Below are positions 1-13,680 of a stretch of DNA of 64,000 nucleotides, piece by piece. Source of the stretch: the human T2T-CHM13v2.0 reference genome, Homo sapiens; the NCBI RefSeq assembly GCF_009914755.1, contig NC_060925.1; one strand, given 5' to 3'. Numbering within the stretch: the first letter of the stretch is position 1; the number at the start of each line of letters is the position of its first letter. Both the position numbers and the translations under genes were made by a program. The notes below the pieces were generated by a model that saw only the letters and a program-made list of their open reading frames with translations, did not search any database and was not told where the DNA came from.

Positions 1-329
<329 letters not shown>

Positions 330-769
330 TATATTTTTTATTTTCATCCTTTAATTCCATTTTCCACCACCTTTTTGAAGTCCCCTTGTATATTACCACA
401 GTCACGTATATTACCAATCGTGTATGGTACCACAGACATGTAGAGTACCACGGTCATGAATATTACTAGGAACGCAAGGAAGCCATCAGCATCCAGTTCA
501 GAAGCCACAGGAATCTAAGCCTGAGTGAAGGATGTGAGTCTGTGCCCACCCTGCACCCTCTTGCCTCCTCCCTGCTCCCCAGCACCCTGGAAAGCCTGGA
601 CAAAGGAATGACATCACTGCTGGAGGATCCTGCTGAAGTCATGCTGAGAAGGGCTGCCTTCTTTTAATTTTCAAGTGTTGGTTGATCGATGCTGGTGTCC
701 TCTTTTCCTCCTGCCCCCTGCCCCTGCCCCTGCCTGTGTCATTGCCCTCACTGACTTCATGACAATGAC

Positions 770-1780
770 TCACAGAATCAAAGGGTAGAAGGGACCTAGG
801 AGGTTGTCCAGAACCTAACCTCCCCCAGTGCAGAAATCTCGACACCATGTTTGCTTAAAGAGCAACCTGTTCCAAAGGGCAGGAAGGTGTTCCTCTTGCA
901 GGGCCCAGGTCTGCATTTTCGAGCCCTCCCCACGGGCCTAGCATGGGCCTCCAGAACCATCTAGAACAGGTCCCATGCCTCTGTGGTACTGGAATGCAGC
1001 TGATACCCTCTCTTGCCTCTTAAGCAGTCAACTATACTCCCATGGATTTGCCACCCAACCTAAGTCATGGCTTCTAGCCCTTGTCACCCAGCCTGCTCCC
1101 TGGATACCTTCCAGTTGGTCAAGGGCCCTGTCAAAGTGCTGGCCCACATGGACACAATACCCCAGAAGTCGTTTGACAAAGTAGGACTGAAAAGCATCTC
1201 CTTCATTCTAAGCACCAGCACAATTATCTGATTTTATTCAGAGGGGTTAAGCACTACTGCCATTAGAAGCCTGCTTGTTGGTGCCAACTCATCCTTCCAC
1301 AGTGTTAGGAGATTTTTCAGTCTGGGGATGGTGGTCACTCCAAGAACACTAAGTGTCACAAGGAGAGAACCTTGTTTATGAGGTTCCCTGCCGCATCTCC
1401 AAGGCCTAGTTTGCTGAATCAATGAACGGAGCCAACATAGTCACGATTCCTCAGAGCCGTGTCACCCTGAAGCTGGTTGTCACTTCCTCACCTAAGTTAC
1501 CAGCAAGAAAGATCAGGATCTGGCTGGGAGCAGGGCTGCCCAGCAGAGCCCCGAGGGCTGGGTGCCAGCTGCCTCCCACCCCCTCCAACAGTGGCACCCT
1601 GGACTGCCTAGATTCTCCATTACCCTCAGCCCAGACACTTCCATCTTGACAGTAAAAGATATCAGAGGAGGCCCTCAGCATCCTCCAAAACTCTAGTGCA
1701 ATGCTGACAGCATTCCCTGAGCTCTGGGAAGCTCTCAAAGAAGGTGGCGAAGCAAGTCTGGGTGATATTTTTGGAGGAGG
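770..1780 (-). mobile_element. Probable ancient CR1/L3 LINE fragments
   Basis: Segments such as agaatcaaagggtagaagggacctaggagg and ggacacaatacccagaagtcgtttgac resemble antisense L3/CR1; recognised by eye only. Confidence 0.4.
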
Positions 1781-1898
1781 CATGGAAACCTGGCGGCCTC
1801 CTAGCAGGTCCCCCACCCCTGGCCTGACACCTCCACCACCTGCCTGTCACAGCAGCCAGGGGATCCTGCTAAGGCTTGGGTGAGGGCATGATGCTTGA

Positions 1899-2720
<822 letters not shown>

Positions 2721-3961
2721 CACCAACCATTCATTCATTTGCTAACCCGGCACTTTCTTGTTGAGAATCTAGGCATGTGCTCATTTTCAGATTCTAAGAT
2801 CTCACTCATTTCAGGGGTGCCACAGCAATGAGCACACATTTGGGCATGCTAGTGTCTAAATAGACTCACTTTTCTCATTTCCAATGGGCTTCAATGGTTT
2901 CGTAATCCTCGTGGTTCATCTGAATAATATGTTTGAAATGTTTCAAGTATCTTATGGACTTATATTTTTGGATTGTGTCTCCTGAAGACAACGGTGAGCA
3001 CAGCCTTATAAAATTCTGGGTGTGTTCATGCTTTTGTCCAAGGATAAGGGAGAACGTGTAGGGTGTGGGACCCATCCCGCACTGATGCTCAAAACTGTGG
3101 TAGGATATCGCTGGTAGTGGCAGGTTAAGACAAGGGCTTTTGTTACAGCGATTGTGACAACCAGATACACTTCCTGGTTAGAAAGGACACCTCATAAATA
3201 CAGCCGAGATCACTTTCTCAAGGCAGACGGCCTCGGCAAATACCAAGATGGAAATGAACCAGAGAAAGTAACTGCAAAGATACAGAGATCAGAAGGGCTT
3301 GGAAGGGATCTGTGCAGCCATAAACAAGTGCGCTTCATCTGAAAAGATGGAAGCTCAGAAGAGCTTGAAGTCGAAATGAGAATTAGCAGAAGGGCTGGGT
3401 GCACTGAAAATGAACTTGACTCAGAGTCAGTATTGCTAGATGGAGGAGGCATTCCTGAAAGCCCAAATAGAAAAGTTGGTGAATTTAGAAGAAAAAAACC
3501 AGGAAATTTTGTTTGACATGCTAGTCAGGGAATTTGGGTCCCTTATTCCTTTAGAAGCGACAGTTTGGAAATACTAACGTCTTCTGCAAGAGCTGAAATA
3601 AATCCATGGCAGACAGCTACCTGTTGAGGGAGTTTTGAATGGGTGTGGGGCTCTGCGGAGCTGGGGCACAGCACATCTTCCAACTCTGAGTTGCTTCTTT
3701 TTCATTTGGTGGCATCTGATGACTAGCAAAGGCTGAGATCAGTGATGGGGACAAATGCTTTCTTCACCTGGAAGTCTCCTGCTTGCAATTCAGGGAAGCC
3801 TGGCAATCCGTTGCTTTCTTGGGTTGACTGATCTGTAAGACGAGAATTTTCGAGCGTGCCGGGATCTTAGGGATCATTGTAACCCCTCTCATTTTATAGG
3901 TGTGCTTCTCAGCTGCAACCTGGAGAAGGTAGTAACTTTTCCAGGGTCAAGAACCCCGTCT

Positions 3962-4090
3962 TGGCTGGGTGTGGAAGCTCATACCTGTAATCCCAGCACT
4001 TTGGAAGGTCAAGAAGGAAGGATTGCTTGAGCCCAAGAGTTCGAGACTAACCTAAGCAACATAGGGAGACTCCCGTCTCTATTTTTAAAA

Positions 4091-4125
<35 letters not shown>

Positions 4126-4127
4126 AA
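3962..4127 (+). mobile_element. Alu monomer (FLAM-like) with (TAAA)n tail
   Basis: Left-arm Alu sequence followed by (TAAA)n at about 4091-4126. Confidence 0.85.
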
Positions 4128-4773
4128 GCTCAGTCTCTGGCCTCCTGCACAAGTGAGCAAGACTGCAGGGGGGCGTGGTCCCAGAGGTAGACACCTTTGT
4201 TCCCCCAAGGGAAGGGCCTGGGGGAGTAAGAAGGAGATGTTTGTTTATTCATGAGACAGGCTCATTTGTAAGGTCAGTTGTGACCGATGCTCTAAGCAGA
4301 AACACTTCTAGATGTCACAGGTAGGACAGGTAGCCTACCTGCCTGCTTTCAGGCTGCACAGAGTGAGGATGGGAGAGATGGGCCACTGCTCTCTCCCTGT
4401 AAATTGGTTAGTGCAGCTGTTTTGGCCTGATGACTCTAGGGACCCACAGATGACCTGTCTGGACCCTTCTCTTCTCTTTCTCTTTTTTTCTATTCTCACC
4501 AGTACTGACCTGACTCAGAGTCTGAGGTGTAAACTCCCTGCTTACCTCCCTATCCCACAATACAATGTTTTCTTGCTTCCCTTTCCTCTTCCCTCCCGCA
4601 ATTCCAGCCAGGTAGAGCTTTTGATCAGGTGGTTTCTTGTACCTAGATTTCCCTTGTCACACCCCTTCTGGTTGAAACACTTGACCTTCTTCAAGGCTCA
4701 GTCGAATGCTCCTTCCTTCATGAAACCTTTCATGAGCACCTGCTATAAATTAACTGCTCCTCTGTGCTTCCAC

Positions 4774-5522
<749 letters not shown>

Positions 5523-5886
5523 GATGGTGACTTGTGCCTTCACTGTAAGCACCTGGCCACACTCTAGGTCTTTATTCATCTTTGCTACATTTTCTTACAG
5601 GCCCAGAGCTGTGCCAAACACCGAACAGATACCCCAGGTAGGTTTGCTAAGCTAGGCCTCTCAGAGATGGTGTCAAGGGACTTATAAGCTTGGGCTGGCC
5701 CCAGGGCTAGGGATGGGAAGGACACAGGACTTGCTGAATGGAAGTGCTGGAGAATGGGGTTCATAAATCTACTCACAGTGCTAGTTCCTGGCTGGGTGCT
5801 GTAGGAACAGGGCTATCTACCCACATGCTGTAAATTCACTGACAGCAAGACAGAACTCCAAGCCAGTTCCCATACTACCTTCCTGA

Positions 5887-6251
<365 letters not shown>

Positions 6252-6921
6252 TGACGTGGTATTAGGCCCACGTATGTTGCCCCACCTCCCAAGGTTTGCA
6301 ATCATGGCCCAAGACTTTCGTCCAGCCACTTGCTGGATACCAGACCAAAGGCGGGGATGGTCCCTACAAATACTTCTAAATGAACGGTCCACTTCTCCTC
6401 TCAGGGGCTCCTGCTAACACCATGTCAAACGCAAAGACTGGAGCCGGGGCTGACCACTAGCCAGAAGTTAGTTCCCTTGGAGGGAAGGGGAATAAGTTTA
6501 AGGTTTGTGAATGCTTTTGTGGAAGGAATTCTAGGAGGGCAAAGAAAATTAAAAAGCAAGACCTTTACGCCTAGAAACCCTAACCATGACTGGCCCTGCC
6601 TCAGTTTGCCACAGTGCACTGTGGGTAAGGAGAGATGTGTCCGGAGCTTTCAAATTCTTACAGCCTTAGTGTGCCTTTAAAAAAAAAAAAACCCTCGCTT
6701 ATTTGGGCCACCTTTGCACCCTAAGGCTCACCACCACCCACAAATATTGCCAAATCCTATTTAACTCAAGGTCATTATGGGAAACTGGGTTGTCAACTCT
6801 CTCCCTCCTTCCCAAATAAACAGATAACTCCTGGACACGTCAGCTCTTTGCAGAGACTCTGGTACACTTTTTTTTTTTTTTTTTTTTGCTTTTTGGGGTC
6901 TTCCCCCTCCCAGATCCAATC

Positions 6922-6995
6922 CCACCAGAATCTAGGCTGGGAAGCTCTCAGATGCAGCCACCAGAATCTAGGCTGGGAAGCTCTCAGATGCAGCC
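6922..6995. repeat. Perfect 36-bp tandem duplication
   Basis: ccaccagaatctaggctgggaagctctcagatgcag at 6922-6957 and 6958-6993, followed by cc. Confidence 0.97.
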
Positions 6996-7298
6996 TCCAC
7001 TTCCATCAAGAGGAGAAGGGATGTCATCTGTGGTTCCACACAGCCGCCCCCTGTCTAGTATCACTGCAGGCTGCGGGTGGCACTGGACCTCTCTGGTCTA
7101 GTACTCTTGGGCCACCCCCAAGCCCACTGTTCACACCTGTCCCCAACCCATAATTTCCCCACTCCCTCGACACTTGACCCTTTGTTCCCAACCCCACTAG
7201 GCCTCAAAACACTCCTGGCTCTGGGGGTTTGTCCCAAAGTCCTCTCATTGGTGTTAGGCAAGAAGCCACAATTCCAAACTCCCCACCATGACAGCAAA

Positions 7299-7351
7299 CA
7301 GAAGCCTCATTATAAAGTAGCTCCAGAAGCCTCATTATAAAGTAGCTCCAG
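7299..7351. repeat. Perfect 25-bp tandem duplication
   Basis: cagaagcctcattataaagtagctc at 7299-7323 and 7324-7348, followed by cag. Confidence 0.97.
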
Positions 7352-9292
7352 TAATTGGTCAGATAATGGCGAGTTACAGGGAGCACTGCTGGTCATCCTG
7401 ACGAGTCAGATGACTGAACCGAGCATGAATGGCACTCGAAGTTTCACAGGCCCCCATGGATCCTGTTTTTGTTTTTGGTGACCCTGACACCAATTTAAGA
7501 CACATTTCTAATTGGCCCTGGCTGGATTCCCTGGAAGAGGACGTCCAGTCCAAGTTAGGTGGGGTTTGGTTCCCGGTGCGTGAACTTGCAGGCTCCACTC
7601 TGTACTATCACACCCACCCCCCAATGCCATACACTTCTTTCAATTTAGGATTGTTTATAGTCAGTCGAGTTTTTCCAGATTGACTAAGAGTTCCTCATCT
7701 GCCTACTGTAGTCAGCTACAAGAACAGTAAAAGAGACCCAGGACTTGGGCCAGCTGGAAGACTCAGAAAAAAGTTTCTGTGGGATGCAGACAGCTAAAGA
7801 ATGACAATCACATGCAATTGTCCCAAACCCCACGTCCGCCCCAAAGGACACCCTCATCTGCCCTTTTCAGACCCCTTCACAAAGAGCTTCAGGAGCCCTT
7901 TTATGGGGCATCGCCTCAAGGAAATGAAACTGCTGAGAACAACTCTGACTTCCCCTTATTCGTTGTGTCCAAGGGTTAAAAACGCTTCCCAACTCCCCCT
8001 CCAAATGCAAGGTCAAGCGGCTGTCCAAACCACCCAAGGAGAAGAGGGAGTCCTGGACAGCCAGACCCCTGCTAGCTTGGCCACCACAGGCTCCGGCCAG
8101 CCCGGCTAGGGAAGAGTTAATCGGATCGGCTTTGGCTGATAGTTCAGGCTCCAAAGTTCAGTCCCAGTCAGAGCCACCCCGGAGGAATTGTAAATCTCAG
8201 GGCAGTATTTAACAAAACAAAAGCAACCTGGAATTACATGCAGGTTTGGTTTTCTACAGTACATATTTACTTAATCCCCAAGGTATGCGGCTCCATGTCA
8301 GATCAGCTGGCTTTGCGGCCCTTTCACCCCCCTAGTTCACAACAGTTTAAGTTTCAAACTAATTCCCTGTTTTCGCTCTTCCTCTTCACAGGGCTGGCTG
8401 GAGACAGCCTGGCCTGCCTCCCTCTCCTGATGGCTCTGGTCACCGCGTGAGTCAGCCTGGCCTGGGCTGGGAGTTGGGTGACAGCCTGCCCACTCTCCCC
8501 ACTCTGGCACCAGGTCTCCAAAACCTGGAGCAAGGGGTGCCAGGACCACCAAAAAGTTAAAGGCCGTGTTTGGTGGGCAGGACCCTCCTTGCAGCACCAC
8601 CTTCCAGCTAAATGGGGAGGGATCCCTGGGGGGTGTACTGGGGGGGAGGGGACAGGGTTGAAGGTGAGAACAAGGGCTCTTTATCAGTAGCTGCTTACCC
8701 TGGCCTCCTCTTTCCTGCTTTCCAAACACCTGGGCCTCTCAGTGTCGGTCCGGCCAGACTACTGCATACAAGACCGCTCTTCCCTTTTCAAACCCAAACC
8801 AAGTACCCTCTCTCGTGTCTTCAGAGCTGCAGCCGCCCAGGTTGGGGCTGGGTAGCGGGTTGCCAAGGAAAATACGAGGCGCCAGCTAGCAGGCGGCTCC
8901 CAGCTCTACCCAGGAGTGCGCACACCCTGCACTCACCAGGGTGGCGGCAAGAAAAAGGGGGGAAGGCGGGGGAGGGGGGCACAACACCTTCCTTTGGGAG
9001 GCAGGAATGTGGGAAATGGTGGGTCTCTTAGGTTTCAGGGTGGGGGTGAATAGCCAGTCAGCCAGCCACCGATCCCAAAGGAGCGGATCAACTCTGAACC
9101 TGCCAAAAAAGACAGTCCGGTGCCCGGGAAATTTACAAGGTGAAACCGACTAGCTCAGCACTCGTGGGTGGCGCGGAGAAGTGGGGTGGCCGGCGACTCT
9201 CAGCTCCCGGGCGCGGGATCCCGCAGCGGCAGCAGGTGGGCTTACCCCCGCCCCTGCGGCCCCCCACTCCCTGGAGTCGCAGTGCCTGGTAC

Positions 9293-9487
9293 CTTTCTGG
9301 CGCCGCGCTCCGCGAACTCGCGGGCGAGCTGACGCCCGATGCCTCTCCCGCCGCCGGTGATGAGGACGTTCTCCCGCGACAGGTCCCGCAGCTTGGCGGG
9401 CAGCACCAGTCCGACGGCTGCTTTCACCACCAGATAGATCATCTGTAGAGGGAACATCACCAGCGCGCCCAGCCGTTTCCACACCAT
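9293..9487 (-). CDS. DHRS3: DHRS3 (short-chain dehydrogenase/reductase 3, retinaldehyde reductase retSDR1), coding exon 1, 65 codons; remaining exons lie beyond the left edge
   Basis: [65 protein letters not shown]: hydrophobic N-anchor plus SDR TGxxxGxG Rossmann motif; strong Kozak (AGGATGG); phase-0 donor AAG|GTACC at 9292. Confidence 0.97.
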
Positions 9488-10603
9488 CCTCCGCGCCGCG
9501 GAGCCGGGCAGGGGGCGAAACTCCCCGGGCCGAGCAATACAGGAATTAAAAAACACCCCGAACAATAAATAGTAAACCGAATAAGGAGGAGAGAGGCGTC
9601 CCACCTGGCCACTCTTGAAATCACCTCTTCCCAAATGCAAAGCACCGGGTGAGAAAAAGAAAAAAAAAAAAAAAAAAAAGATAAATTCTCCTCTGGGGGA
9701 GAAAAAGCGTCTCCTAAGGTTGGGACGGTAAAAGAGGTGGAGGGGGAAGCCGGAGGTGGAAAGTTCTAACAAGAAGTTTCTTGCCCCAGCAGCCGTTTCG
9801 GCTGGGGAATTCTCAGGTAATGTTTACAGACTGACAGAGGAGTTTAGGGAGGGGAAGAAAAAAAAAAAAAGGCACCAACCACACGCGCGCACCCTGCCTC
9901 GGTCCCGCGGTTTCAAAGTGCAAGATTAAAAAAAAAAAAAAAAAAAAAAAAAAGCTGATTCCAAATTGTAGCGCCCCCACCCCCACCCCGTCTCCAGAAA
10001 AAAAAAAAAAAAAAAAGTGGGGGGAAAAAGTGCTTGGAGCTCCCAATTTCAGCCCGCGAAAGTCTCCCGACTCATTGCTATTCTTGGGCTCAGGAAATTG
10101 CTTAAACGCGATCTGATTGCCAGCAACGTGCAGGAGAAGTGGGGGGTCCGGGTGTCAGTTTCTTTACGTGCAGCGCTCGCCCTCGCGCGCGCTCGCTCGC
10201 TCCGGCTCCCTCCCTCCCTCTCTGTTCCAGCAGAGGCTGGGAGTTGCCGCTCGATCCAGCTCCCCTTCTCTCCCTTTTTAGCATTTATTGCCTTCTTTTT
10301 GTCCTTTCCAACTTGGAGAGGGTCCGGGTGTGGAGCGCGCGTGGATCGGACGCCTTGGTCTGCGCGGCCCTATTCATTCGCTCCCCGGGCAGCCGCGTCG
10401 CGGAGAGGGCGGCCCCTTTTTCCCCCATTTTTTCAATACCCCATTAAGTCTGATTGACAGTTAAAGTTGTTGGGAGGCTTCACTACCGTTCCTCTGAGTG
10501 GCTGCTGCGGCCTCCCCTCCCCCTGCGCCGTCGCGGGGAGCGCGCATAAGGCGCGCACTCGGGCTCGCCGGGACTCGCGCTCTCCCGGGACTGGCTCCCC
10601 TCT

Positions 10604-10623
10604 CTGCAAGCCGGGACTTGCCG
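10604..10623. promoter_or_regulatory. Candidate p53-family response element in the DHRS3 promoter
   Basis: CTGCAAGCCG GGACTTGCCG: two adjacent half-sites, both CWWG cores intact, 16/20 match to RRRCWWGYYY x2. Confidence 0.5.
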
Positions 10624-10813
10624 CCGGTGTCCCTGAGGGCTCGCAGCTGTAACTCGAACACGCTGGAACCGACTCCGGCGAGCCGGCTGCCTTCTCGAGA
10701 CGTTCCTCCTTGCCCGGGCCGCCCGCGGGCCAGGTGATCACCCCGAGTGTGGAGCAGGCCCGGGGGAGCTTGCGTATGCCTTGATCCAACCAGGTCACCC
10801 AGGGTTTTATTTC

Positions 10814-10827
10814 AGGTCATTTGGTCA
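10814..10827 (+). promoter_or_regulatory. Candidate DR2 retinoic-acid response element
   Basis: AGGTCA tt TGGTCA, with an extra AGGTCA at 10792-10797. Confidence 0.45.
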
Positions 10828-13198
10828 TCCTCGGCCTCCAGGTAGGATCAGGAAGCCACTCCTCACCTTTGCCCGGACCTCTTCTGTGTTCACGTAGAGT
10901 GGACTTTTAAAAGCCTGACCCAAGTGCCTCACGATGCTTAGGGGGAAGCCGCTGGGGAGCAGGACTTTGCTTTGAGGGGAGGGAGTAGTCAAGGTAAAGG
11001 AACCTCTGCTCCGAGTGCCAATAAAATCCCCACAAGATTAGCTGGGAGCATATTTATTGCTCATCTGAGCTAGAATTACCTTGACTGACACCAATTTCCT
11101 TAATAACAAAAGCCTGTAAACAAAACGTCCTATTCGTGCGCCCCTGTGCTGTGCAGCCAGCGTCTCCTGTCCTTGGGTCTCCCTGGACTGCCCTGGCGGG
11201 GCACCCACCTTCTAACCTCCTGCCCTTCCCGACCGGAATGTCTCCCCTGCTGGAGGGTGGGACCGAGCTATTTAGAGTTGTCTGTTGCAGGAAGTCTGGG
11301 AGGTGAGTCACTAAAAAGCAGCCCCAGTTCAAAGTGCTGATGGGACTTGCCTCCCGCCCCCCTGCACGTTCCCGGGGCCGGAGGAGCGAGAGCGAAGCAG
11401 GGAGCTGCCCTGTAATCTGGGGCAGCCGTTTCCAGCCCGCGACTTGTTCAGACGGCGATTCCTGGGCCTCACCCCCAGAGATTCTGATTCAGCAGGGCTG
11501 GGTGCGCTGGGATCGGTACTTTCAATGCTCCGCCTGGTGAGAAAGTCACTTCGAAAAACGCTGATCTGCGGGGAGGGGAGGCTGGGATTACCTCGTCACC
11601 TGCAAAGACCTAGTTCTGGGGAGAGGTTCTGCAGGGGAGGATCTTCCTTCTGGGTGAAAAGCCACTGGAAGAGCAAAAGGCAGGAGAGGCTTAGGATGAG
11701 CAACTGTCCTGCACTGAGGGCCTATATTCTGACACAGTCCTTCCCCTGACCTTGCAATCGGGGGACTGTTATCCCATCGTCCAGGTTACCCAGCCAGGAA
11801 GTGCAGGAGGGGGGATCCCAATCCAAACCTCTTCCCACTCTGACCAGACGGGAGGAGAGAAGTGGAGGATGGGGTTCAGCTAAGGGTTGCAGAGCAGAGA
11901 CCCCCCCAACCCCCATAACGCCCCCAAGAGTCTGACCGAAGGGCGGACCAATGTCTCCATCAGACCCCAGGGCCGGAATCCACTGTGGTGACGGCCTCCT
12001 CTCATCTTCGAGGTCTGTAAAAATGGGAAAGCGATTCCAGCCTGGGAGTGACAGGCCTTTCCCACCCAGCAGCGGCTGGTGTCCGCCAGGCCTGCGAAGA
12101 AGCCTGGAAAGATCTGAAGACAGAACCAGGCTGCAAAAGCGGGCTTTGCTCATCTGTTGTCCTCGGAGCCGCCTGGTGGCCCAGATAGGATACTGCGCCT
12201 CCGAGCTGCCCGGCCTCCAACCCAGCGGCGTTCCTGCTAACTAGCCATGCTTTTCTTCCAGGCATTTCTCTCATGTAAGGTTAACACCCCAAGTCTAAAA
12301 GGGCTTGTGAAGATCATAGTCCTCCTCCCCCACCCCAAACACACTTTTATGGCTGGGGAAACTAAAGCCAAAAGATATGAAGCAACTCATATACAGAGAT
12401 GCATTTTCACCCCGGTCAGATGCCAGACCGGCTGGGTAACCGTTAGGTCCCTCTTACATCTCTCTGGTTGTGTGCCTGGGATGGAGGGCAGACGGTGGGA
12501 AGGAGGTCGGGAACCCAAATTGGCCTTTAGTGCCTCAGGGCCTTTACACAGTTTCTGATTGAATTTCCTTAACAGCCCAGGGAGGCTCGTGCCCATTTAT
12601 TGCAGGAGGAAACAGGCTCAGTAAATCTAAGTAACTTGTGCAATGCCACGCAACCTGCTTCTCAAAAGGTTTGGGATGAAATCAGAGGGAAAAAGAACAT
12701 GTCAGACATTCCCCAAAGGAACTGACAGTTCCAGAAGCTGGCCTGAGGTGGATGGTGGCCTTTTTTTCTACTTGGTCCATCTTTCAGGATGTGGTTTTTG
12801 TGGGACTGGCAGCTCTGCAAGCCACACGTTTCTCCCAGCATCAACTGCTCAGAGAGAAACTTGTCACCTCCTCTGTTGCCCTCCCCCGAGGTCCCTGGGA
12901 AGATGGGGCCAAGGAGACCTTGTGTGGGGGTGATGTGTGTGTGCACAGTTCAGCAGGCTGGCCCTGAGGGTCGTGTGGCCTGGCTTCAGTGAGAACAGCA
13001 GGGACACGTCCTCTCTGCCTTTCCCTCCCTCCCCCAGCCTTTATCCTTTGCTCTTGTACCCTCTCCTGGAATTTAACTCAGGGCAGAGTTTGAAATTTCA
13101 CATCCCAGGTCTGTCCCTGAAAATGTGAAAGGAGGCTTTCTGGGCTTGAAGGGAAGAGGCGAGCTGCAGTTGGGAGAACTAACTTTTTCCGTGGCTCA

Positions 13199-13680
<482 letters not shown>

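Larger units (their letters stand above)
9100..10800. promoter_or_regulatory. DHRS3: CpG island / promoter and 5' leader of DHRS3
   Basis: Very high GC and CpG density (gcgcgc, cgccgcg) around and upstream of the DHRS3 ATG, interrupted by A-tracts; TSS cannot be fixed from sequence alone. Confidence 0.9.

Noticed and set aside
9242-9772. 176-aa ORF as the full DHRS3 first-exon product
   Set aside because: It starts at TTG, runs through a poly-U tract and reads past the splice donor; the recognisable protein starts at ATG 9487 and the exon ends at 9293
9140-10798. Several overlapping 60-146 aa ORFs in the CpG island
   Set aside because: GC-rich DNA is poor in stop codons; those checked mostly start at GTG/TTG and none has a recognisable domain (the ATG-initiated 10284-10102 ORF is kept only as a candidate uORF)
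11873-11889. DR5-like GGTTCA-n5-GGGTTG
   Set aside because: Second half-site matches only 4/6; expected by chance
12695-12713. p53-like GAACATGTCAGACATTCCC
   Set aside because: The second half-site lacks the invariant G and the spacing is off by one
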